This document shows, one piece after another, positions 13,241-25,940 of a stretch of 64,000 nt of DNA; within the stretch, counting starts at the first letter, position 1, and each line of letters opens with the position of its first letter. A program made the position numbers and the translations under genes. Where the stretch lies: assembly GCF_018977255.1 (NCBI RefSeq), contig NW_024704743.1:53012001-53076000 (forward strand), given 5' to 3'. This stretch comes from Callorhinchus milii (taxonomy: Eukaryota). The notes beneath the pieces are model-generated. The model was given only the letters and a program-made list of their open reading frames with translations, searched no databases and was not told where the DNA came from.

Positions 13241-14949
13241 CTGAACAATGCTTCCTCCCTTCAAAAAAGGGATAAAAGTCAAAGGTACCTTCGTTATGAT
13301 TTGCATTCAATTCATTGAAATTACAGCAACGAAGGAAACCATTCAGTCTATTCCATTGTGCTATATACCTGAAAGCAATTGGCTTTTACAAAGCCGGACA
13401 CATGAGAACAATTTTCAGGAGCCCACAGTCTTACAACTAGCGATCAAATACTTTTCTGCATTCTGTCTATTTCAGATAGTTGAGCAATGCAAGGTGAAAA
13501 GAGCCTCCAGTACAACATACAGAGCAATGAAGGATTTTGCATTCCAATAATGAAAGTTACTGCAGTACCATAGATGTAGCCCAAGGCCTTTTTAAAGAAA
13601 CTACTACTTCTGTTTTGTGCCCTCTTTTCCCATTTTCAGATCACACTGAAAGACCTTCTTCTTTGACTGTGCTTAGTTACCTCCCCCTGGCATCAGGCTC
13701 CGTCACAGTTAAGCACTCGAAGACACTACCCTCCGTGAAGGGGATATATAAATACAAGTTGTTGTTGTCCTTTATTCCTCTATTCCCATTACAGCTTCAT
13801 TAGTACATTAACAGGATAAATTTGCAAACTGTTACAAGCACTGGTTGAAAATGTTGTCAAAGCCCACACATGCACAATTTAATGCTGCAGCTGACATTCT
13901 AGATGCATCCACATTGTGGGATTGTAAAAGACCTGACGCATCAATGGTAAATCTCTAGATTGTTTCTCAATTACTCTCTCTCCCTGTGCAAAACCCTCAT
14001 ACATTATAATGAACCATCACAATACTATTGGTCACGAGTACAGAATTTGTTTTAAAATTTCTCTACAACAATTTTTTTTAACCAGAGTAATTGTTATAGG
14101 CAAGAGAAATACAGCAGTTGTTTTAAAAGCGCAACAATTCTCCAGATAAGTAGAACGAACCACAGCAATAGAACAAATTCCATGATTTAAAAATTTCAGA
14201 TGACAATGACTAATCCATTCTGAGACTCCTCTGAAGTTATCAGAATGCACATGAAAATATTAGTAGTCTCTTTGCCACTGCTTTATCATGGCAAAGAAAC
14301 ATCTCAAAAAAGGTTCACATAATGTAATGTGGTTGTCATGTAGTCAAATGTGGCAGCTAATCTCCCTCAGCAACATCCCTCAAAAAATAACCAATCAACT
14401 GTTTATTTTATGCATATAGATTAGGCTAAAGAAAGAAATTACATTGCTAAAATGCATTATAATAACAAGTAATAATAATCCTTACATTTGATATATAGGG
14501 CACACAGTTATAAAAGCTCAAGTTATCGTATGTTGCAGCTGTCACCTCCAGTACTCTTCTAGCTTCTGGTCAGCTTCCTGCACATGCTTGCAACATACAA
14601 CACTATCTATATATATATATATATATAGACAAGAAACACTTAGGACAGTGGTCAAGGCTGATCAGCTGGTTTCCTGTGTGCTACAGAGAAGCACGAGGAA
14701 GCCAGACACCTTGGTGGCCCGGAAGTTGGACCGTCGTGCATTTTGTTTTCACAGAGAAGTGCTATGGTGCGGAGGTTGATTTCATGGACTCAGATCTCCA
14801 CTTTACAATGGGGATCACCCTGTGTTCCTATTGACATCAAAATGACTCAAAGCAGTTTACTTGTACAGTAGTTCTGGTCAATTGTAGTCACTTTTTAATA
14901 GGCAACCACAGCCATTTGCATACAGCTATGAAGTGAATGCCTAATTTAC

Positions 14950-15220
14950 AGAAACATAGAAATTTATAATATTGTAGGAGGCTGCTCATCCCATTTTTTA
15001 TGTCGGTGTTTGCACCTCCAAGAAGCCATCCGTCCTCATCCCAATTCTCTGCCTTTCACTGTACCCTGTTAATTCTCTGCATGCGTTTGTCTAATTCTCT
15101 TTTACATACCCCCCAATCAACTCTGCTCTAAAAGTCACTCTGACAAATCATTCCATATCCTGACAAGCTTCTGGGAGAAGAAGTTCTTCCAAGCTTTTAC
15201 TGCACTAGTCACAATCTTGA
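14950..15220 (-). mobile_element. Degenerate CR1 LINE 3' end
   Basis: AGAAACATAGAA tail followed by a diverged reverse complement of the CR1 3' ends at 40.85-41.25 kb. Confidence 0.5.
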
Positions 15221-16854
15221 ATTCATTCTCATCGTAAAGACCCAACATAAAGGTTGTTCCATTTAGTCACCTGCATATGATAAAACCAGGTATGCTTAAG
15301 AAAACTGGCTGCTAAAAGTGTCCCATTCCCCAACACCTACATAACCCTTGAAAAGCAATTAAGAATCTGTCCGTGCGCGCGCGCACACACACTCACAAAC
15401 ACGCACCATGTTGTACCAAAGCCCATGAAGCTCTTGCTCATTCAGCAGTTAATTCAACCCAATTCAACCCAAATCTACTCCAGAAGGCATCACCAATGCC
15501 AGAATAAAGGCCTCTTTGTTTTGGTGAAAAATTATATATGAACTGATATATAACTGAACATGCCTCAATAACAGGCTTAAAAATAGCAACAGACATCAGG
15601 ATTGTAAAATTGTTGCCAATAGCACAAAACAACATCTAAATTTTAAGGAGCTCTGTTGCCTAATTTTTATATCCAGTTCAGATGGACCGACCACACCACA
15701 CAATAATTTAGCTCAAGCATACTTTAAAATCTCCTAATCCCTACAACCAAGATGCAAAATTAATGAAATGCTGGAGACCTCACATAAATATACGCCAGAC
15801 TCACCATTTTCATACTTGAAATGTTTTTGTTAAATGCAAATCAAGGGCAATGAATGTCTGCGTTGAGAAATGCTCACATTTTGGCATTTAACATGAGCTT
15901 GAAGCACTTGCAAGTCAGATATAATACATACAGCTTCTGAGTAATAAAATAATAAAAATAACAGTGCCCTTCACTTATATTAAATTATGGGTGGTGGGCA
16001 CTTTATAAGTGCAAGTAGTTTTTGCTGTTAGAATATGGAATTCCTTATCAGAAATTATTGTTAAAGCTAATTTCACAACAGCATTTAAAAGTCAACTGGA
16101 TAAATACTCGAGGAATACTACTGAAGGCTAAAATTCAGGAAATGGATGAGAGTGGGTTGCTCTGGTAGGAGATCTAGTACCAGCATAAACACAATGGCTG
16201 AATGGTCTCTTCTGTGCAGTGAACTTACTTCAAGCCAATTGCAAGCTTATTTCAAACAATACATTGAAAGAGACAGAGATGTAAGGATAGGGCCCTTGTC
16301 CACTCCACAAATCAGTCCTGCTTTACAATTTTCTGATCTGTGACATGGCTGCATCATTCCCCATGCACTACTAGACAACTGAGTAAATTAGTTTTTTACT
16401 TCATCAATGACAGAAACTGTTACCTTCTAATACTGATCAAAAGTATACAACTCAGCAGTCAGCGTAAAATTTGTTTCCACCCGCAGAAGAAGATACCTTA
16501 ATGCATCAATGCAAACCACATATGCAGCCAAGAACCAACTTTCAACAATCATATGCTGAAGAGATGGTCTCCTCTATTAAGAATAGTTTTCTCAGGGCAA
16601 CAGAACCCAAATAAATTTCAGCTACAGCAGTTTCCAATTAGGCCAATGTATTTTTTTTTCCATGAAAGGCAGTGAAAAGAAGAAAGCAGTTTGTCTACCC
16701 CAGCAAAAAGCCATCTATTAAAAACAACAAAGTGGCCCAGCCCAGAACAGGTAATAAGGAGGTCTTACCTGTGAAGGTCAAATAAACTTCAGCTATTCCA
16801 ATTAGGCCAATGTATTTTTGATTTCATGACAGGGTAGTAGTTGAAGTCTACATT

Positions 16855-16990
16855 TAGTCTTAGTTTCCCTGAGTTAGGAACAAGATCAGGGCTTTCACTC
16901 CTGACCTGTATTGAAAGTCCTCTGCTGGAAAATGCATGTGGGTGGACATCAGATGAGGAGTAGATCAGGCTGGTGTGTGAAGCTCCTTGT
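16855..16990 (+). mobile_element. Ancient SINE fragment (AmnSINE2-like, tentative)
   Basis: CTCCTGA...CTGCTGGAAAATGCATGTGGGTGGACATCAGATGAGG...GATCAGGCT resembles, from recall, a conserved ancient vertebrate SINE body; a reverse-oriented relative lies at ~50585-50855. Confidence 0.4.
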
Positions 16991-18109
16991 ATGATGAGGG
17001 GGTTGAGGGAAAGGAATAGGGAAAAATTCAACAGTTTCTTGTTTGCATAACTTTACCAAACTTTTCTTCCAAAGTATAAGTCATGTCAACGTTTGTGAAC
17101 CAAGACATGAAAGAATTCTCTTTAACAGGCATCAGGTATATTACACATGCTTTGCAGTGGGTCAAAAACAAAACCTTGCTTTCACTTATCCACGGTAATA
17201 TCCATATATAAATAGGGAACTGTTAAATAATTGAACGGTAGAATGTCAGCCCATCACTTCTGATTCCCTTCTGTAGGCAGGTGGCGAGTCACCATTTTGA
17301 GTACTCACATGTGGTTTTAATTATGCTGCAGGCCTGAAATATGCTGACAAACCAATCTTTCTCAACGGCAGAGGTACAGGGTTAAAGTTGCCCTCCCACA
17401 TCCATCCAATTTTCACAGCGATGCCAACCGCACAAGAAGGAAATGCAGTGCATCCAATCTTCACTCTCTTTAGTTATTAAATGCTAATTTGTTCATGTGA
17501 TAGATACTCTGAAGTTCAATCAATCAATCAATGATATCATGTATATTACAGCAAATAATTTCCACTTAATACAACAAAAATACAAAAAGCACAATATGGC
17601 CATTGCTCATTCATTTCAACAGCAGCAACTTACATTTATATAACACCATTCATGTTGGATAGCAATTCTGAGTGCTTAGTAATCATCAGCAATAAAGGCT
17701 GTTATTCACATTAAACGTGTCATTTTGATTGAGATATACCACCAAAACACTTATTAAAATGTGTTTCAATTTCAAAGATGAGAAACAGTGTACATTCATC
17801 CATAATTTTATAAAGGCATGGGTGACGGACCTTGCAGTGCAGGTTTACAAATAATTACCATAAACCTTTACTTTGGTGAGGCAACATGTTAAAGCTACAA
17901 AAAATAATGAAGGTTGAAAACTCTAAAAAAAAATTCTATTAAAAATTCTCATTGATATCAGATTTTTACACATTTACCAATTCCAACAAGTTGAAGTTGA
18001 TTTTGTATTCTGCTGCTGTATCAATAACCATGGCTGTCTTGCTGTGCATTAGATCCCATTTCCTTACACCATTGGGATCATTCCAAGCCACTTCTGTCAA
18101 TGATGTCAA

Positions 18110-18265
18110 TTTTTGGGTGGTCAGCTGGGTGCCTGACACATGCAGAAGAAACCCATCATCAAGCTTAAGAGTATCCAAACCAAACTGAGAATTCCACACA
18201 TCCCACCTACACGGCTAAGAAATTAGAGAGATAGATCATTGGAATGAAAGACGCACTCTCTCCTT
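18110..18265 (-). repeat. Family X 3'-end fragment
   Basis: GGTCAGCTGGGTGCCTGACACATGCAGAAGAAACCCATCATCAAGCTTAAGAGTA matches the start of 60813-61408. Confidence 0.75.
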
Positions 18266-18441
18266 GACATCAACGATGGCCACAGCATTGACTGTTCAAA
18301 TAAATCCAAAAATGACAGAAAGAAAAACAGGACCATCTCGCGATTTACATATAAAACGTGGATGCCGACAGTACATTTCCTTGGCATTAGAATGGGAATA
18401 ACTGATTCTGATTAGGGACAAATCAGAATCTATAGAGTCCC

Positions 18442-18704
18442 GTGGAGTCCTGTAGCTCAGTGGTTAGAGCACTCGCTTTGCAAGTGAGAGACCTGGGTTT
18501 GATTCCCGTCAGGGCAAAACCTTGGGCACGTTTCCCTACTCCACACGCCTGATAATAATCCCTCAAGAAAAAAATAACAGTTTGGACACTTCAATCCACA
18601 ACTGTTTGTGGGACACTGCTGTGGGCAATTGGCTGCCGTATTTCGCACACAAATATATAGTTAAGTCACTTTATATTCTGTGAAGCGCTTTGAGACATCT
18701 AGAG
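18442..18704 (+). mobile_element. tRNA-Ala-derived SINE
   Basis: GTGGAGTCCTGTAGCTCAGTGGTTAGAGCACTCGCTTTGCAAGTGAGAGACCTGGGTTTGATTCCC head plus body. Confidence 0.88.
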
Positions 18705-18719
18705 GCTTGGATTGTTGTT

Positions 18720-19022
18720 AGATATACTGTCCTTCCGATGAGACATTCACCCGAGAGCCCATCTGACAAAACAAATGGCATTAAAGATCCCACAGCAGTT
18801 TCGTAAGAGAAGGCAGTTTCTCCTGGTATCCCGGCCAAAAATCCCCCAAATAAAATTGGTCATTCTCGTTCTTTATTGCCATTTGTGAGTCATTGCTATG
18901 CACAAATTATCTGCCACGTTCGCCTACAAAGCACAATCACTGTACTTTATGCATTCCTGTGAAGTGCTTCAAGATGTCCTCCCATCGTGAAAAGTACTAC
19001 ATCAAATGCAAGGATTATTATT
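18720..19022 (+). mobile_element. Old Deu-domain SINE (3' two thirds)
   Basis: CTGTCCTTCCGATGAGAC...TAAAGATCCCACAGCA...TGCTATGCACAAATT...ATCAAATGCAAGGATTATTA. Confidence 0.7.
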
Positions 19023-20859
19023 AATTTCACTACACTCAGCAACATCAGATCACACAGCTTCAGTACACACAATATTTAATCTTCTTTCAGTGAAAAAGTC
19101 AGATGGCAATATTAAAATTTCCTTCATGCCTTCTGATGAGGAAACAGTAATCTTGCCCAGTTCAACTTCTCACGGGTCCTTTGTGTCTCATGCGAGTCTC
19201 ATTAACACAAGCAATTTCCCTCTTAAATTTGCTAGCATGATACATCTCCATTGCCCCCCTGACTCGTCTATTCCACAACAACAATAAAATTACATTTATA
19301 GAGCGCCTTTCACTTCGGAAGGACGTCCCAAGACGCTGGACAGTCAGGGGTCAGGATGGTGATCACAAATTCACTTTACTCACTGTGTACAGTTACAGCT
19401 TTGACCAGGTTAAATATATTAGGGTGTAATTGATTTGTACCCTTTATTATCTTAAATCCTTTAACCAACATTTCCCCTGCATCTTACTTTGACATGGGCT
19501 TTCCCATAATCTCTCGCATAACTCAGGCATTATTAATCTATTAATGTTGTTGCATTTTATTCTACCTCTTCCAATGCCAACATCCTTACAGTAACACTGC
19601 GCATAATATTCGAGGTGGTGGATGGCATCCTTTCCTTGAATTATGTTAGAGAACTTATTAGCTGAAAACTTGCTTTCTTTACAGCCACTGCCCACCATGC
19701 TGTTAGATCACCATTTCAGTGATCAAACTCCAAATTATCTTAATTGCTCCCATATCTGCAAACCATAAAACCTTTTTAATACTCCCTGACAGGTGTTCCT
19801 CCCCTCACCTCTTGTACACTGCAGTGAATTTCCTACACTGTTCCAACACCAGAAATTAGGACAGATAAAAATGGTTCTTGCTAAAAGTTAGTATCGCTTT
19901 TAATTGGAAGGACTTAGGCCATATTCATACATGCAATTGCACTGAAAAGAAATAAGCATTGTAGTTACAATATTTGACTCAATAAATACTTGCAGTGTAA
20001 GATTAGAAGAAAACAAATTTTAAAAAAATGTGAAAATTTATGGGGCCTATAATGTGGTACTGTAATCCCAACACGTTGCGTCCTCCGAGTAAACTTGTAA
20101 GCACGTAAGTCTCACTGGAAACACCATTTGAGATTTTGTAACTGATGTCATCTGTCACCGTTGTAACTTCCCTTTCCCCAACAAACAAGTGGGAATGTTC
20201 CTGTAAATTAGGACCTCACCCCAAAGACGTAATGTCTTTGTGCATTCAAACTCTCTGAAACAATAAAGCTGGAACATATTGAACATTAGCATTAAAGTTG
20301 CAGCACAAAGATTCAAATCTGCTTTCATTTCTCATTATGCTCCAGAAATGTTACTGCAGTTTTCAAAGTAATTACTACAGACAGATGGCGAAAGATAGAT
20401 GTAATCAACTGACGTATTCAGCGCCCATATTCATTCACATCGATGCACATGGGGCTTGGCAGACTCATGACATTAAGGCTAAGTCCTGTTTAAAAGGAAT
20501 ACTGCTTTCAAATGTAAACAAATGTAGATTCACTAGTACTACAAAAAGTCATGGTTGGTTGAGAAACATTTTGAAGGTTCACTATATGTAGATTAAGTTT
20601 ACTGTGGATACTGCCTTGACTTCTGCCTCAGCCAGATGGTCTATAAAATAAATCTGGTGGCAGCCTGTACGTTGCAGCTTCTTGCTGCACCTCGGTTTCA
20701 TTTATTCATTTGCTGTTTATAAATGCAAATCGTTGTTGTTCTTTGTTTACACCAAACATCTTTAGCAGAGTATCCGTTAATTACATGTTTTTAATTTTAG
20801 ATTCTTTCATCCTTATCCTGCGGTACAGAACCTAAAAAACCTGTTCAATGACCTGCTTG

Positions 20860-21170
20860 TCATTGAAAACACTGACTGGCAAGCTTCCCACTGCTTGTCC
20901 GGCTTGGACCAACCTGCCAGTTAAGGCTTCGGTTTGCAGGGATAAAAGGAGCTGAGTGAGAAGAAACTCTGCCTCAAGTGACGTCTGCTCTCCAAATTCT
21001 GCCGATAAGCCAGGCAGCAGGTCCATCATTAGTATCACCCTGGAGTACTGCGAACCTGCCTGGCCTAGAAACTGGACTACTGAGACCATCACAGAGGATT
21101 GACTTGACTGCAATTTTTCGTCGCAAAGCATGTCACCTCGTAGCCCGTCCAACTTCACTTAGCTTCCCTA
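20860..21170 (-). repeat. Diverged family X copy
   Basis: CTGGCAAGCTTCCCACTGCTTGTCC...TTGCAGGG...GGAGCTGAGTGAG...GAGACCATCACAGAGG...GCATGTCACCTCG, colinear with 2700-2990. Confidence 0.7.
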
Positions 21171-21562
21171 CCGCCCATACCCAACCACCCCAAGGAGGAT
21201 AGACTATGGAGAACAGTTTCATCTACAACAAGCATAAGGAAGAATCTGTCCAGCATACAAATGTCAGTACAGTTTAATTGATTTGACTCTTCATACAACA
21301 TTATAAACATGGAGCACACAATTAGACTAAAGACAAAAACAATTGCTGGAAATCTGGTGAATAAACTGAAAATACTGGAAGTGAATTGAAGGTGCACAAC
21401 CGATAAATCGGCACTTTACTTTGAAGGTTTTTTTTAAAAAAGCATGGTTTCTCCAGGCAATAGTCTCAAGTTTATCTTCTGAGCATACTTCCTTGCCCCC
21501 TACAATCTGGACTGCAGTTGAGTTTCTATACTAAGCATTTATGTATATAGACTAAGACACTT

Positions 21563-23140
21563 AGTCCTATCCCTAAAACCAACCACCTGCTCCCTTGACC
21601 CCATCCCCACTCCACTCCTTATCTCCCAGCTCCACTTTCTTGCCCCACATATCACCGACATCATCAACCTGTCCCTCTCCTCTGGCTCTGTCCCCATTCC
21701 CTTAAAAACTGCCACCATCACGCCCACCCTGAAAAAACCCTCCCTTGATGCGTCGCAGCTATCAAGCTACCGGCCCATCTCCAACCTCCCCTTTCTCTCC
21801 AAGGTCCTGGAAAGAGTTGTCGCCTCCCAACTGCGCTCTTTCCTTTCCACCCATTCTCTTTTCGAACCCCTTCAGTCAGGTTTCCGTGCTGCCCATAGCA
21901 CAGAAACTGCCCTGGTCAAGGTCACCAATGATATCCTGACCATCTGTGACCAGGGCTCCCTCTGCCTCCTCGTCCTCCTCGACCTATCGGCAGCATTCGA
22001 TACGGTCGACCACGCTATCCTACTCCACCGCTTGTCCTCCCACCTCAACCTTCAAGGCACTGTCCTTGAATGGTTTAGGTCGTACCTTTCTCACCGTCTT
22101 CACTTTGTCTCGACGAATGGCTTCTCCTCCACCCCCCGTACTGTCTCATGTGGTGTCCCTCAGGGCTCTGTCCTCGGTCCCCTCCTCTTCACCCTCTATA
22201 TGCTCCCCCTCGGTGACATCATCCGCAGACATGGAGTTAACTTCCACATGTATGCGGATGACACCCAACTCTACCTTTCCTCCTCTACTCTCAACTCCAC
22301 GACCACCGATGTCCTGACAGCTGCCTGTCCGACATCGAGTCCTGGACGAGAGACAACTTTCTTCAGCTCAACGTGCGAAAAACCGAGGCCCTCCTGATTG
22401 GCTCACGTCAGCGCCTCCGCACCTCAGGCGCTGACACCATCAGCATCCAAGGCTGCACTCTCCACCTCTCAAAGCCAGTCAGGAACCTCGGCGTTTTGTT
22501 CGACCCTGAGCTGTCCTTTCTCCCTCACATCCGCACCACAACTGGCACCGCCTTCCATCACCTCCGGAACATCGCCAGACTACGGCACTACCTCACCCCT
22601 CACGCTGCTGAAACCCTGGTCCACGCCTTTGTCACCTCAAGGCTGGACTATGGGAACTCTCTCCTCGCCGGCCTTCCCGCCACCTCCCTCCACAAGCTGC
22701 AGGTCATTCAGAACTCTGCAGCTCGTGTACTGTCCCGCACCAGGCTTCGGGACCACATCACTCCCACCCTCGCTCGCCTCCACTGGCTCCCCATCCCCCA
22801 GAGGATTGATTTCAAGATCCTCATCCTCACCTACAAGGCCATTCACGGCCTTGCTCCCTCCTACCTCTCCAACCTACTATCCCCCTACCTACCTGCCCGT
22901 ACCCTCCGTTCCTCTGGCTCCGGTCTGCTCCACGTCCCCCGGCCCAACCGCCCTACCATCGGTGGTCGGGCCTTCAGCCTCTCAGCCCCGAGGCTCTGGA
23001 ACTCATCCCCCAGTGCCTTCGCCGCTTCCTCCCTTTCCTCCTTCAAGGCCGGTCTCAAAACCTTTCTCTTTGACCGAGCCTTCAGCTCCCCTCTCGACTC
23101 TCTTCCCTCCTCGCTCCCTCCCTCCCTCCCCTCACCCTGA
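21563..23140 (+). pseudogene. L2 ORF2 reverse transcriptase, 5'-truncated, one frameshift near 22320
   Basis: The frame is open from the truncation point through YADDTQLY, shifts at ...[11 protein letters not shown] (~22320), and continues as the 22373-23140 ORF to TGA. Confidence 0.9.
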
Positions 23141-23333
23141 CCATTTCCCCCCTCTCACTCCCTTCCCTCCCTCACCCTGACCATTTCCCCCTCCTCGCTC
23201 CCTCCCTTCCCTCCCCTCACCCTGACCATTTCCCCCCTGCTCGGGTCATGACCCAACTGTGCAGCGCCTTGGGACGTCCTCCTGACGTGAAAGGCGCTTT
23301 ATAAATGGAATCTTGTTGTTGTTGTTGTTGTTG
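21563..23333 (+). mobile_element. Young 5'-truncated L2 LINE with RT domain
   Basis: ORF2 motifs [71 protein letters not shown]; 3' UTR minisatellite; (TTG)n tail; GACACTT at both ends (21556-21562 and 23333-23339). Confidence 0.96.
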
Positions 23334-23575
23334 ACACTTGGTTTACTTACACAGCCAATTATAAGAAATCAACATTTTTAAAACAACAGATTAATCAAGC
23401 ACAATTAACCCGCAGTAATGAATTTCAGCACATTTCCAATGTGCTCAGTCATTCAATGGTTTTGTTTCACTCAAGGGCCCTTTTAAGTGAGTATGGTTTC
23501 TTCATGATCTTCAGACTTTTCTTCATCCTCCCTAATCAAAGGACAATGTAATGAGATACTTTGTGGCCACAATAC

Positions 23576-23733
23576 CAAGTTTAATGGTGAATTCCAGAAT
23601 CCACAGCAGAATCCATCCACTAACTCCACACGGGATTTGTTCAAACCTCACTGATTGCTTTTGATATCCTGCCTGGAACTGAGTTTTCAGGACTTCAGTT
23701 CCATTTCCTGGCCGATTAGCATTGCCCATCAGC
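23576..23733 (-). other. Candidate exon of the minus-strand gene
   Basis: Pyrimidine-rich acceptor tttctgtttccttttgcgtaaAG and donor TTG|GTATTG; translation not recognised. Confidence 0.3.
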
Positions 23734-24224
23734 CTTTACGCAAAAGGAAACAGAAATTATCTTCTGTGCAAATAATTCGACAACACGCAAAACTAGCAAA
23801 ATTGCACACACTAAATTATAAAGCTGTATCCTCGGTTTGAACATAATTTGCAGAATTATTGACACAATTAAGCTAAATTAAGGTAAAACACACATCCTCA
23901 GCTAATCATCTAAAATTGTAATTATTCAATTACTCCAAACAAAACACCTGTCTTTTGTGATGGAAAACAGTTCCCTACAGTGACTGATCCTGTTGACCTA
24001 TCCATCCCCCCTCCCCCCATTCAAGATGATCACTAAATGGGAGGAGTCGAAAAACTGACAGAATGGCACAAAACACAATGGATTTAACATCCTGAATTAA
24101 GGAAGGGAAGAGAAAAAAGTCAACAATTTCCACTCCTAATAATTCTCCAGTGTCCTTACTCCACTCAAAGTGCATATATGGATCCCTGAGAAGAACAGGA
24201 TCAAGCTTGGCTGCAGTAGGCCCC

Positions 24225-24655
24225 AGGGTCTCAGTCTCCTAGCAGTTTCCAGAGAATGTCCAAAGTTGAAGATCCTTGTCCTGTCCTTACGTTTAAAGTC
24301 CTCCATGGTCTTGCTCCCCCCCTACCTGTGTAATCTACCAAACCGTAAACAAGCTGCCCGCTCCCTCTGCTTGGCAGGCACTGGCCTGCTTCTCGCCCTC
24401 CGCCCTGCCCGCTACACCATCAACAGTCAGGATTTCAGCCTTTCTGCCCCAACCCTCTGGAACTCCAACCCAGAGCCCTCCGACACACCCCCTCACTTGC
24501 CTCCTTCAAGGCCCGTGTTGAGACCTTGCCTTCAATTATCCCCCTACCCCCATCTCCCTTGCCCTCCACCCCTCTTGACTCCAAACCTCAGCTTGGGTGC
24601 TTCACTCTCCAGTCAGGACATTCTCCTGACGTGAAGGGCACTATATAAATGCAAT
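24225..24655 (+). mobile_element. Older L2 3' fragment
   Basis: Diverged match to the L2 C-terminus (KILVL...FSLSAPTLWNS) and tail CTCCTGACGTGAAGGGCACTATATAAATGC. Confidence 0.8.
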
Positions 24656-24937
24656 GAGAAGGATTGAATGCTTGTCAGAAGAAGGGAAAATGAACCACAA
24701 CAAGTTGCATCCACCTATCAAACTACAAGTAACCTCTTTGTTTCATAAATAAGGAGCACTGTATGTTTGAAGAACAGCCTGGAGACAATACCTGTCTGTA
24801 GCCACAAATTGTACCAACCAATCTTTGCCAAAGGGCATGGACAATAATATATTATCTAGCTTGGTTAGAGGGCAGTTCTGCAGTACATCACATTGGTGGA
24901 ACAACAGACTGGAACAGGATGCACTGATGCAGCTCAC

Positions 24938-24992
24938 CGACATGCTGTATCAGACTGCCATTCCGCAACACTTCCATTCTCAATTCAGTCAT
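24938..24992 (-). other. Candidate 55-nt exon of the minus-strand gene
   Basis: Strong acceptor cttcttggcatcttctccAG and donor TCG|GTGAGC; begins with ATG (MTELRMEVLRNGSLIQHV), not recognised. Confidence 0.4.
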
Positions 24993-25390
24993 CTGGAGAA
25001 GATGCCAAGAAGCACACTTCCCAAACAGCACAGTTGAGGGTTTTGAGGAGGGAGGAACAGAGCATAAATTAGAAACCAAAACCCTTGACAGACTGAGTCC
25101 TGACAGTTTTCAATATTTAACACACACAATGCAGCTGTGGATGTACAATTGTAAGAGTACTTCTCGCAATTCAAATGCTCTCATCCTCACTCTATTTTGT
25201 TGATCAATTAAGCATCACATGAAATCAACAGATTATTTCCCTTTTCACTGTTAAGCACTGAATGAATTTGGATTATTTTAGTATTACATACATATACATC
25301 AAGTAGCTGAGCAACAGTAAATAGAAATAAGAGCCATAATTATGACACTTGGTTTTAGATATATTCTATTTCAAGCGAAACAAACATACT

Positions 25391-25517
25391 TCAGCTCTGA
25401 TGAAGTTTCACATCTCACACATTATCCAATCTTTCTCTTTCAAATTCTGATCGACCTGTTGTGCATTTCCAGCATTTTTTTGCTTCAGTTGCAGATTTTC
25501 AGCAATTGTTTGCTTTT
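25391..25517 (+). mobile_element. Degenerate Penelope-like terminal-repeat fragment (hammerhead-type remnant)
   Basis: CTCTGATGAAG...GACCTGTTGTGCATTTCCAGCATTTTTTTGCTT...CAGATTTTCAGCA; related to 55767-55855 in the opposite orientation. Confidence 0.5.
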
Positions 25518-25729
25518 AAAAAAATCTACTTCAAAGTAAAGTCACATGCTTTTAGGTTTGAAATATATTCAGATGATCACATGACTTCTAAAGCAATCAC
25601 ACAGCACTGACATATATTTGCTTACTAAACTTCACAAGCACACTTTCAAGAAGATTGTGAAGCTATGTCACTTTATGCATCATCTTCTGAAGCAAACTGT
25701 ACAAAATATACTGATTAGCTAAACATACC

Positions 25730-25940
25730 GGCTCAGCTGGTAGCATTCTCACGTGAATCAAAAGGTTCAGCTTTCAAGTCGCACACACTCTAGGTCGACA
25801 CTCCAATGCAATGCTGGGGGAGCACTAAATTATCAGAGGTGCCATCCTTCAGATGAGATGTTAAACACAAGTGTGCCTATTTAGATGATCATTTAAGATT
25901 ATTGTTTGAAGAAGAAAGCAGGTGTCCTAGCCATTAATCA
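25730..25940 (+). mobile_element. Old Deu-domain SINE fragment
   Basis: GGCTCAGCTGGTAGCATTCTC head plus GACACTCCAATGCAATGCTGGGGGAGCAC...GAGGTGCCATCCTTCAGATGAGATGTTAAAC core. Confidence 0.7.

Noticed and set aside
18442..18520. tRNA-Ala(TGC)-like genes at SINE heads (also near 2390, 27475, 35025, 55375, 60330)
   Set aside because: The acceptor stem is not completed and each continues into the same SINE body and tail; they are SINE heads, not tRNA genes.
1114..20591. Many 60-110 aa ORFs in the track
   Set aside because: No recognisable domains; lengths are compatible with chance or repeat-derived sequence.
22398..23180. Alternative-frame S/P-rich ORFs overlapping L2 copies (also 58271-58945 and 6868-7287)
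   Set aside because: By-products of the C-rich codon usage of L2 ORF2.
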